Positions 1 through 12,600 of a stretch of DNA of 64,000 nucleotides are shown here, in pieces (within the stretch, counting starts at the first letter, position 1; every line of letters begins with the position of its first letter). Source of the stretch: Botryllus schlosseri (taxonomy: Eukaryota). The position numbers and the translations under genes were made by a program. The stretch covers positions 16,616,001 through 16,680,000 of the forward strand of contig CM119385.1 of NCBI GenBank assembly GCA_051294905.1. The letters are read 5' to 3'. Below the pieces are notes generated by a model. That model saw only the letters and a list, made by a program, of their open reading frames with translations, was not told the origin of the DNA and made no database searches.

Positions 1-319
1 ATGGAATTCGTCTTCTGGGGTTCTGATTTCCAAGACAGGAACATTCGGTGTCAGTCATTTAGGCGCCCATGGACAATTAAACCTATATGTATTTTGAAGG
101 CTATATGTAACGAAGTTTTCGGTGTTAATTTGCTCTGAATACTCATTAAGGATATGTCCTTTCACCACATCATCTACTGCGAAGCCATTTTTCTCCAGCG
201 CCCCCCATACCGCCCCCCTGAGCCCAGCGCCCCCCATATCGCCCCCTGAGCGTTTCCGCCCCCCTTCAACATCGCCAGCGCCCCCTGGGGGGCGCTGGGG
301 GCAAGGTTAAGAACCACTG
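1..319. mobile_element. Right end of a hAT (Charlie-like) MITE, same family as 38744-41811
   Basis: Near-identical to about 39920-40090 plus 41654-41811; ends aagaaccactg; gcgccccc subterminal repeats. Confidence 0.85.
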
Positions 320-456
320 GGTTAACCTAACCATTATCCGAATAATCCAACCCTAGTTCACAGCGAACATCTTAGCACTTTACACCAATACCACCCCTTA
401 TGTCATTCCTATGCGTTGTATTTTCAACCAGTGTATAATAAGCTACATATATTCAC

Positions 457-619
457 GTTTAGCGGCTCTATCCCCGAACTGCTCTCCGCGTCGATGGCCG
501 ACTGTCTGTCGATGATCCGAAATATCTTCGCCGCCGATTTGCGGGCCAGCGTGAAGTCGGGCATGTGCTTGATGTTGCGTCCGATCGACAGGCCGGCGAA
601 CACAATAACGAAATACACT
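457..619 (-). CDS. ABCB1: ABCB1-like exon 22 (TM12, [19 protein letters not shown])
   Basis: cag| acceptor at 620-621. The donor gtgaat at 456 is the best candidate, so the exon end is less certain. Confidence 0.85.
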
Positions 620-3600
620 CTGTAAAGCAGGAGAGGCGGGAAATGAATCAGGGCGAATGTGCGTCGTGCATTTTTAAAGTGCTGAGATTATAAGCCCATT
701 TTCACTTGGAGTGTCAACCGTTTCCGTACTTTTTCGCCGTGGAATCCTAGAAACTACGATTGGTTTTATCATAGTATCCAAAACATATAGTACAAAGCTC
801 AGTGGCGGCTCGTCCTATAGGGCAACTGGGGCATTGCCCCACCTAAAATTCTCTTCAATAACAATTCTTTACCATTTATAGACGCACACCAATCTATATA
901 TACCGAAACCACAGCGAAAATCGTATTCTTCTTGTCCTTTCGCTTGTAAATGCCCATATATAGCGAAGTCTCTACGAAAATCGAATTCTCTTCTGTGTTT
1001 TTGCTTTGCGAATGCCTAGCCGGGGCATGCCCCGGTAGCGCTCATAACAAGCTTTCACTGTCTATTCTCTCAAAGCCGCGCACAATAAAGAAACGGTAAT
1101 TTACTCTCTCCTATTCATAAAATGACCGAGCAACCGGGGCAAATTAGCTCTGTGCCCTTAAGGTGTGATGTAACAATCGTATCTATAGCTGAACTCTGTT
1201 ACCGTCATATGCGTTTAGTCGACCTTTGGTGGTATAGGTCGATTTTGATGGTGTTTCACACCATGAAAACTCTTGAAACTTGGTATGTCATGTCGTGATG
1301 GTGGTATTTAACACTGCCCCAAGTTTCAGGGTTTTTACTTAAAGTTTAGGGTAGTAATTCCGTTTCCGAAGTTGAGTGTGTGCTGATCCTTCATGTATCG
1401 CAAACAGATTTTACTCAAAAGCTGGTATTGGTATCCAATCCATTGATTTTGACGATGTTCAATACTGAGATCGGTTATGACATTTGGCACGGTAAGTCTT
1501 AACGTTAGTATCGAACGCTGTACCAAGTGTAAAGTTTGTCACTGAACTGTGTTAGTGGTAATTTCGTTTCCTAATTCGAGTGAGAGCTGACTCTCATTTA
1601 TCGCTAACAGATTATACGCAAAGCCGGTATTGGTCTCTATTGATTTTAACGATGCTCCTTACCTAGATCCGTCATAAGCTTTTGAACAGTATGTCTTGAT
1701 TTTTATATCGAACGCTGTGCCAAGTCTCAAGGTTGACACTCAATGATTAGGGCAGTAATTTCGTTATCAAGGTCGAGCATGGTAGAGATGCGCTCCGATC
1801 TGACACTTTAGCCTTCAACGCATTGCGGATATCACGCAAAAGCCGTTGTATCTGCGGTAACGTTAACTGAGATGATGATATCATTCTCAGATTCCATTCA
1901 AATATTTACTTTGATATTATATCCTCCAATGTCAATTTCACCGTGAAATTGTGGCCGTCAAGCCATTTGCCTACAACCCCCTCAAGCGCGATAGCTATTT
2001 AGTTTTCGATGCGGGTAACAGCTGATCACTTGATCAGCCTATTCCTCAGTAAATTTTACGCAAAATTCGGTGTTGGTCTGTTCGCATTAATTTTGACAGT
2101 GTGCCATACCGAAAAGGGCCATGAGGACACTTCTCGATGATGTCATGTAACAGTGTACTAAGTTTAAGGCTTTCATCCACGTATTTATTCGGTAATATAT
2201 ATATTCCAAAGGCGATTTCGCAGCAGACCTATAGACAGTAATAAAGCCGTATGTGTCGTGTTACAGTCTCCAGTTTCAAGGCCAAAATCTTCTATGCTGT
2301 ACCGAGACCGAATTTCCGAGGCTGCTATTCTTAGTTCTTCAGAATGATGTTTTGGATTCAATATGACAGGCCCAATCTATGAGATAACAATTGCGTATCT
2401 GTCCGAACTCGTTGACCTTTCCAATTAGGCTTACGCTATCTCTGGAGTTATAGTCATTTCCATTTCTGCAGATAATTAGTCAGGCCTAGTGCGAACATGA
2501 ACCGTGTTGAATCTTTTTTCCGTACGCCGTTTACGCAATTCCCAAACTTCAAGTCACAGCTCACCGGCGGACCTCTCGAGTCTCGTGGCACATACGTTAA
2601 AATCACTGTTGCCGGGAAATTCATGTTACCGTACCATCATTAAGTTACTTGTTTACGTTGGAAAACGCGATTGTGACGTCATCTTGATAAAAAGTCGCTT
2701 GCAGCCCTTGCCCCACCACCCGATATTGTCACGAGCCGCCACTGACAAAGCTACTGAGTTTAGTGAATCGCATCTAAAACTACAATATTGATCTGGTTCG
2801 TACCAGCCCGAGCCACAGAAACGTTCAACGTGAGAAACGATAGTATCCTGGTAACGGCGGCGATCTGGGTGTCGAATTTCAAGTCTATCTCGTTCTTGGC
2901 GGATTAGACAAAGCGCGCCACTAATCTAAGTTATTATATTTAAAAACAAGTTGAGTGACGCATATCACACTAATGGTTTTTGCGTCATTACCGTTCGGCC
3001 AGAAATCTAATCCAAGTGTGAATTTCACTAAAGTTATGTACGTCATCACGGGTAAGATGGCAGGCGAGGCAGGCAAGGCAGATTTAAAAGCTTGAGAGAT
3101 GCGAAAGACTACTACAATAAAGTCACGTCACTGATATATTATGACGTAAACAACGGAAAATTGGCATTAAGGCATGGGAGCTTTTTCCCCTGTCATCACC
3201 CACAGACGCATTGATACTTGGTGGGCAATAACATCCTTGGCGATAATAAATGTACGCTCACCTGAATAGATTTTCGAACGTAATGTCGTTCTGCTCGATT
3301 AAATACGCGCCGAGCCTGAATGTGGCGGCGTACGTTAAATACGTCACGGCGTGCGCAAATCCGTGGGAAATCCCTTGGAGTATCGATCTTTTCCTCTTGT
3401 TTCTGGAGCGGTTTTTAACGTGAATCACTATGGATCGATGGAAGGCTAGTTGATAAAAAAAACAAAAATACCAACCTTGCTATCGCGGACAGGACAGCTG
3501 AAAACTTCGACAAGAAGTAATCTTCCTTGCCTAAATGTACGACCGTCTCGTGCGAATTCAGCGCTTCAAGCACGATCTAAAATTTCAAAAAATTACGAAC

Positions 3601-6600
3601 ATATCAGGATTAAGTATACCATATCGTATGGAGAGATATCAAATTACGCGCGCATAATGCATATATTGCGGGTCTCCTCTGTATACCGCTGGGCTCATTT
3701 GTCAAGGACTGTGGACATATCATATCAATATCGAAGATTTCGGCGAACACGATGAGTCTATCATTTTGTGCAAAGGTCACATAGCCGACGATCATTCTGC
3801 GAGTGCAGACGCGAAGTCGCATGTTGGATTACACGTTCTATTATAATTGCGAATATAGTTGGACTCAATTCTGTAAATTGTGCGTATTTCAAATATTCAG
3901 GATGGGGTACCAATACTAAAACAAGAAATCGAGTGACAATAAATCGCACGAAGTAATAAGAAAAATATCAAGTCAAATAAATTTGTCACGAAATATTTTA
4001 CTCAATGGTCATTGGTCATCTACGAAGATCTACGGATATTGTGGCTGGACCTTGGCTACGTCAATGCGTCGGAAACTTCCCGTTATCTTTCGCGGTCAGG
4101 CTGATAAAATTGGTTGGCCTTGCAATTTCACAACCTGGGTAATTTATTGTTTGATATTATAACTAATTTCGAGAATTAGTAATAAAAATATTAATTAAAA
4201 TAAATATAAAACAAATATATTTTTTCTGCAATAACTATCTCACCTCGCCCCCTTCCTCAATGTGCCTTTGGTCTCTGACTGTATTCCCGTGCATTTTCGA
4301 ATCCAATGCGTGCGAAGCGACTATAATCGGAAAGCAGGCCAATTGCAGCAAGGCCAGTTGCCAACCGCTGTATAACGTTATCGCTAACGCCAGCAGCACA
4401 GTTGTTGTCGTGCACACTACAATCCCGATCAATGTGCCAGAAAGCTGGAGAAGTAATAAATACCAATTGTAAGTAGCAATTAAGTATAGGCCTAGACTTG
4501 TTCACAGTTACATTATAAGTAAGTATAGAATCGATGCGTGGCATTATACATACCATGAGTGCATGGTCTGCATATGGCGCTGGACAAGGAATTTGCAAAA
4601 TTAGCCTTGCAAGGCTTTTTAAATCTTGCACAACCCCTTCATGGCATCCCGGTAGAGCTGACAAACGCCAAGCGGGGAAGCAATGGATACCAGTGTTCGG
4701 TCTGACCCAGTCGGGGATTGAACCCACGGCTTACCTATCTAGAAGCCGGACGCTACACGCTGTTTTGTCGGTTCTAGCAGGTGCTGTATGTCGCGATGAA
4801 GGGCCCTCTTGGTTGGCGCTAGATATCATTAGATCTCTATGTAAGAACTATTAGATAGATTTAAACTCTTTGATTGACGCTCAAGCAAATGAGGCTTTCC
4901 AAAACAAATTAGGTATCGGATTTGGATACCGCACGCAGACAGGTGACGAAAATATACATGGCAAGAAAATATGTATATTGTAGTAGTGTTAAGACTCGAG
5001 CCATTATCCAAGCATCAGTGTCGTAATATAAGAAAATGTATCGAGCATGACTTAACTCGAGACTGAACAGTGAGAACTTTGACTTGCATTCGGACTCGAG
5101 TCTCAACATTAAAAGTCAGACTCGGTGGGGAATTGTAAATGACTCGACTTGACTCAAGTCAAGACTATAACAGTCAGATTGAGTTGTGACTCGGAGCCTT
5201 GTTACATGATTACACCCTGGATGTGACCCACATATTCAACTTCACAAGCTTCTAACTACTAGTTTGTTTCAGGCCAAGGTATGTTTGCCTAATATATTAT
5301 GTAAGCAAGAAGAATTATTTCCGTCTACGTGCGAAGGAACCGCAAGGTGATCGAGTTCAACCACCATATTTTCCAATCCACGCTATGCCGTACGCCTAGG
5401 GACATAGAAGCAATCGCTACAAGTTTTACAAGAAAGCTTTGGTTTGATCCTGCAAGGTTACGAGCCAGCAGGTTGCCGATCGACAGACAAGATGCTATAC
5501 ATCAAAAGTACACGACAAAAAGGACAATTTGCCTCAGAAACAGCCTCTATATATAATCAGTAATCATACAGTTAAGATGAATCATCACTGGCCAGTGGCC
5601 ACCATAGTCGTTACGGTGGAGAAAACGTGCGTCGGCCGGGAATCGAACCCGGATCTATTGCTTGGAAGGCAACAATGCTAACCTTTACACCACCGACGCT
5701 CACGTGTGGACGAGTTTATCTCCTATTCATGAACGACTGTTCCGAGCGCTACGAGACACGAACGCTAAGAACCAATCCACTGCATTTACATACGGCAGTG
5801 TCGGCAGGACACGCTTCACAGATTACAGCAAATTCAATGCGGCTCTCGCACATCAAGTGCCATCGCATCATCGAATTTATTACCGAACCCGACAAGCGAC
5901 ACAATTTGCCATTCCGCGAAAGATGCATTTCCACATCAACACGACACCGGATCTACATGCAGCTCACAAGACGTTACAAAAATGCATTGAAATGCGAATA
6001 CCGTGGTACGATTACTGTCCTAGTTTTTCAAAAATTACATGCCATGCAATGGTATTATAACGATGATGATCACTTGAGCAACGACGATTATTGAAAGCGT
6101 GTAAGCAATGAAAGATAAGAAAAAAATGTGTGTAGCATTTAACAGTGGGTACAATGGATAATAAATATCGAAATTGGTTCACGTATCTCACCCCTTGCAC
6201 TTGCGGAACGTGGTAAGCCAGCAAATAAGGCAGTGAGCACGATTTCTTCGTGTGCTCGTCGAAGAAACTCATTTCCTGGCGCAGAATTGCCCCGAACGCC
6301 ATTTTTCGCAATCGCCTTGTCAACGCCTCGCCGGAAAACGCGAAAACGCCATGCTGAAAAACGTTACACTGTAATTAATCTTTTAAAATAGCCGCGCGGC
6401 CTTCGTAAGTACGGGCTAGGTAAATGTTTCTCAGGCATTCTCAATAATATACAGATTCTTACAGACGCAGATGTGTGAATGTTTGGAAATAGATCGTAAC
6501 CGGTTGGGAGAGAAATTTCATTTACCTAACGCCGCTAACGGTTGCTAAGGTAGTTAGCGTATAGTTGCTCAAGGATGGGGCCGTTCACACTTTCATTTTT

Positions 6601-9600
6601 GTGTCTTGGAGTCGACTTTTATCACAATACACCATAGCCAAGGCTGTGTCAACAAAAAGAGTTCGTGTACCATCTAAAAATAGTACATTGAACGCTCTCG
6701 TATGCGACATTTCATGCTGGTGACGTCACATTTTGTGCTACGATTATTGATATACGATGTTCTTTCCAATTCTCTACTAGTTTCTGACGATTACCCCTGA
6801 CGAGTATCAGCCGAAAATATTCGGGTTCATTTCAACATGATTATATTATTCAATTGAATATATTGAAGTTCTGTACCTCCAAGATGATGCAAACTCATTA
6901 CAAAACTACTATTTAGGGGAGACCGGGGACAAATGTAACTATATAAGGACAAATGTAACAATCGACCTCACCGATAGTAGGGTGGAAAAATCGCCATGAT
7001 ATTTTGAGTGCGTATGCGGTAGTTATGTCTAACATACCTGAAGTTACATTGAGCTGCTATGCGAAACCCCAGAATAATTTGGAAAAAATCGAAATTTTGG
7101 ACACTTGAGTAAATATTTTCTGGTCTGGAATAATTTGTTCCGAAAAATAATACCTGGAGTGGTTACAACGTAATATATGTAGCTGGAACAATGTGACCAT
7201 AGTCTACCGCGATGATAGGTAAACTAGGACTGGCATAGCAGGGAAAGCACCATGCTTGGACAGTTATCAGGGTCGAGAGTGTCAGGGGCAATTGTAACAC
7301 CCTGTTACTTTCGCCCCATTACAGTATCTTTACAATGCTGAATATCTTTGTTCATATGTTGGTATAGCCCATTTATCTATACTGCAGATAAACGTTGCAA
7401 CAGCCAGAAGTTCAATACCAGAACAGATACCCTTGGCATACCAATTCTAACATGATCATCTGTCGGTAACGGCCATGTACAGAAGTGGTTATGTGAATCT
7501 TAGGGTTCGGATATTTCCGTGATTCTACCACCCTTTCTCATGTTGATTGACTTTTGGTGTGTTGGCTTCAATGATCGTTAAGAACTCGCCCATCACTGAA
7601 TCCTGATCCCCTGGCTTTGAGCATGACTCCATTTCATTTGGTGTGAACAATTTATTTTAACTTTGCACAGAACAGAAGAATGCCATTAGCTTTGACGCCA
7701 CAGGATGCTGCGTCCTCGTTTTTCTACACCATCATCGGCCCATCCAACCAAGATATTTTAGTCAGTTGACCGAATGCCAAACCCGTTATATACACGCTGA
7801 ACAGCAGCACCTTGGTAGAAGAAGCCGAATATGTGTAGGGAGATGATGGAATGAATGTGTTTCTTATACACGTTCGGCTCATGAAGAAGGCACGAAGGGT
7901 GATACCGTATTCAGATGCCAAAATGCGATGGGACGTATAGCCTGGAAGCGTTTAAACTTCTCTTTCTTTAGTTTTATACAATACAATTCGTGCTCCCGTT
8001 TTCGTTGATAATTTCTTTCGTTTTTAGTTATAAATAACACAGTTATACTTGCCCCACATGGGCGGTACAAATACCGGATGTGCAGCAAAAGTGCTCATAT
8101 GCACGCGGGAATGTTTGCTTAGCGTGGTGCACCGAACCGTCAGCACATGCGATACGCACCAACAAGTATTTTTCCTAATAAACCATCAACACACACCTGC
8201 ACCAGATATACAAAGAACGTCACAGCTCCGAGCCCCGCCATCAGAATGCAGTCTAAATTGATCGACTGTCTTTTTTCCGAGTCGTCCGGTAGCACGTGAG
8301 CCTGCGACAAATGTTAATGATAAATAATGAAATATATGACTCAAGGACTCTCGATAATTTTATATATTGTCACATCTTTAATCCCCCGTCAACTGGTGAA
8401 TATAAATAGGGTTGCATTTAAAACAAAAATCAATTTAAAACAAACATGTTTAAAAAGGGCCTTTGTCTAATACACTGTTTAAAAATGTTTTGAACAAAGT
8501 GTTTTGAAAGACCACCATTTGTTGTAAATGCAACCCTAAATATAAACAGAATCCTATATGGGGTGAACAAACCGAGCATGTCCCCTAAGTAAAATGCGAA
8601 GAATAAAACCAGTTCCGACGCCAACTACATTCACGGACAGACTTCATTTGCAGTGGCGCGATGGCGTTGTATAGTACGTTCCACAACCGCAACATCGAGG
8701 GGTTGCGAGTCCAACTGCAGAACTCCTATCGAAGTGTTGCAGGTAATCGAGGCTCCTCCTTGCAATGTGATCCGCGTAAGCGGTGTCTTACAAAAGCCCA
8801 GAAGGAAGATGAGTCGTGATACAAGTCAGCCGGTCAGGAATCATAATAAGAAATATCGGCCAGGTGTAAATGACCATAGTATAGTCGAATACCATGAATA
8901 GGCCTACTAAACTAACAACTTGACTTAAGACTACGAAAGTAACAGGACAGATTGAAATTTTCAGCATCGAGCTGAAGATTGGAATGACCTCACGTGATCA
9001 TTATGCAGATCATAGCCAGTATGCTACACACCTCAAAATTGAGCCAGCAACAGGCGAATCTTACCCCAATCACAGCAGACAGGATGACGGCGAACAGCGG
9101 CTGTGTGGCGCCGTTCAGCAACGCCGCGAATGACCCGATAGCAAATAGCGGCCATTCGGGTCGATTCAAGCTTAAGATACGCCGCGTCGTGACGCCGGTC
9201 TGTCTTTTTCGGTTGTTCACGTCATTACTTCCGTCATCGCTTTCTCCCGTCTCGGTTTCGCAAGCGGATACCTGCAGCAAAAAGCGTTATCGCTATGGTT
9301 ATCGCGGAGTACTATACACGCAGAGTTCAGATTTTCTTGTTTTACATCATGGATGCCTAATTCAGAAACTAGTTCGGAATTCACCCGTCTCTGGTCCGGA
9401 TAGGCGTGAACAGGCGCACAAACATTAAGCATTGTGTATTACCCATGACGGGTCCTCTAATGATGTCTCGGAGTCGAAGGAATCCTTCCTGTTGCCGTTG
9501 TGCTGCGCCAGAAATTCGATCATCCTGCACGCGTCGACGCTCTTTACGCGCGAGCCTGCCATAAAAACGGGGTTGCGAATCAAGCCCGTAAAGTCGTAAT

Positions 9601-12600
9601 ATCCATCATACTTCGCACGCTCCTGTGGCGATCTTTGAGCGATTTTCCTAAGCACCCATCATGCTTCGTTTCCAGTACGTGATCAGCGATGCGTATCGTC
9701 GAAGGCTTGTGCGTCACAATGATTGTTGTTCTCGCGAGTCGGCCCTGTCGAGAGTACGATAATGATCATGATCACGGTCGCTGATGAGAATATATTGTTA
9801 TCTTGTTGAGATCTGTCTATGAAGTAAACGGCTTAATGATCAAATGAAGAAAATTGCGTGATGAACGGCAAACATCGCAATAAATATAGTTACAGGTCAA
9901 GGTGGGTGTCTTACTGCAAGGATGCTCCAAGTCGTTTCGACACCTTCTTATCGTTTCATTTTATCGCAATCTTGTGGCGCTTTTAAATGATGAAGATATT
10001 AATAAAACGAACCAGAAACTGGTAGACAGGCATCACAATATAAATGCAATAAAATCGAGTTCCCAATTGGTAAATCGTTTACTTCCAAGCGCCACAATAT
10101 TACGACAAAGACGTATCGAAAAACGGCTTACGAAAAACTATCATCCAAATACCGTCTCATTATACAATAGCGTTGAGCACAGTCGATTTTATTCCTAAAA
10201 AAAGGTGCATAAGAACTAAGCGTGAAAATGCGGACGGACAAACATTCGAAAATCTCACTCAATGTGTGGAATAGCCGAAAAAGACTCCAACTATTTATGA
10301 ATCAAGTGAATTATTAGCAATACGTATTCGTGTTTAAGGCTTAAAACTAAAATAGAAGTCAGAAGAATCGGTAAAATCAGTAGAATCGATGCAAAGTATA
10401 ATTACAATGTGACATTTATATATATTGTATCTGTATACGGCGGCACATTTCATCGTTACACCATGATAAAATATGGTGTTTCAGGTACGTCTGAAGAGAG
10501 AATCGTGTTTTTACACGTGTTTTTTTTTATTATCTGAGATGGATTATCAGCGAGAGCGCTTGGATATAGACATTGCCAATGAAATTACATTGTAACGCGG
10601 ATTAGCTGGAAAGTAGTCAGTTTCATTGAGGTGGCCCGATGAAAACGATGATGATATAGTTCACAAATGAAATACTCTCAACACTGAAATCAGCGACTAC
10701 GAAGAAGGATAAAGAAACAAGCAACTGAAATACAGGAAATATGTTTCCCCACTGATACTGGATGTACCGAAGTATCACTTGTCGACCGCACACATTCACG
10801 CACGCCACGAATATGAATAAAGTAAACACGCGGGGCAAGGTTGGGTAACGTTTTTTCTTCCTTTCTCGTGATCATAAAAATTCACCAACCTCCCGGAGAG
10901 CATCCAGGACGCGCGATTCGCTGTGCGTGTCCAGCGCAGAGCAGGGCTGGTCCAGAAGAAGAATCTTAGGCTTGCGTACCAGCGCCCTCGCGATCGCTAT
11001 CCTTTGTTTTTGACCGCCGCTCAGTTGACAACCTTGATTTCCAACGAGCGTCTCGAATTGCTGTCGAGACAAAAAAGAAATAGATGAATCACGCCAAGGC
11101 CAATGGTATATTTGTCATCAACGCGACCTAAAAACAGTCCGGTTTCTGAATACTTGTTGAAATAACAATTAACAACACGTCAGTACAGTCATTATTGTTT
11201 ACTGTCTACGCCGTGCAGATTCCAGCACTTTGTATCATTAGCCATTCTTGATTATCTATCAAGAATCAAATTCGATCAAATTCTATCAAATTATATATTC
11301 ATGCACATTGCACATGTACATCTCAATCTGTCAGGCGCGTGGATACTTGAGGACTTGCTAAATTTCAACGACATACCACACAATACTCGCACAAACGCAA
11401 TTGAATCGGTTGTCAGGTGTTATCTGATACCAAAGTAACACTGACGACATTGCAGAAAAAGTTTAAAGTGTCGCATGGTTCGTTGCAAGTGAGAAATGAT
11501 TCTCGGGAAATGCAAGAAGAACCCGTGTGAGTGATGTGTGTGGACTGTGTGAACATGTCGACAAGTCGATAAATCGACATGGTATTGACTGAGCTATCGC
11601 CGACCCGTGCCAGGAATTTCCATAATATTTAGAATTTCGTAATGAATCCTTTCAAGTGCAACATGTGGAAAGCGCACCGCACACTCCACGCATACAATGA
11701 GGCCGTAAGTACCGCAGCTGGTAATAACCGAATTTAAACGATATTAAAATACCAAGGATTTAAGTTGACGAAGGCCATTTCTCTCAACTCCTACACCAAT
11801 GTCAAGATTGATATGAATCTTCGTTTCTATAGCAATGTGCAAGAGGTCTGTGAAATATTGTTAAAGTCATACTTGATTATTCAATTGGAACACGAGAGTC
11901 ATTGCAATATAATTTCAAACATGCTAATTACTGGCAGAGAAAAGAATACATGGATATTAATTGGCATATTTAGTTAAACTTTCACCTGAAAGAATTTTAT
12001 TCTGCGTATAAAATAGACTGATATAGTCAGCATACTGTATGCGGTACATGTAGTCCAGAGTATACCTTACGTCACTATACCTGTGGCAGCGCCATTACAA
12101 AATCGTAAGCGTTGGCGGCTTTTGCGGCTTCTATCGCGTCATTGTCCGTAGCCCTGTCGCAGCCAAGTTTTATATTGTCCATAATAGTAGTGGCAAACAA
12201 CATTGGTTCTTGTGTCACAACGCCCATTAGACTTCTCAGCCAGTTAACATTCAAATTATTTATGTCGTGCCCGTCCAAAATGATCTGAAATGTAAGCACG
12301 ACTTTCGAACGCATTGTGTCATTTCTGTAGCTCTATACGGGGAAAGCGTAGAAATTATTGATATATTGCAAATAATATGAGAAAATGCAAATATCGTACA
12401 CGCATGTTACTTTTTGTAATTTGTCGATCAGTATCGCACGGGCCTGTATTCGTAGTTTAGGATCTGATAGTATTGGTGACTCACCTTTCCTCTTTTGGGG
12501 TCATACATTCTTTGAATAAGTTTCAAAATAGTTGATTTCCCAGATCCACTCGGTCCTTTGATTGCATATATTTTCCCCGGTGATAAATTCGCGTAATATT

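Noticed and set aside
5627-6094. 155-aa and 132-aa plus-strand ORFs
   Set aside because: They begin in the antisense of tRNA-Gly and run through intron; no recognisable domain or splice context.
8653-9428. Plus-strand ORFs (82 and 144 aa) overlapping ABCB exon 16 and its flanks
   Set aside because: Largely the antisense shadow of a real exon; no independent evidence.
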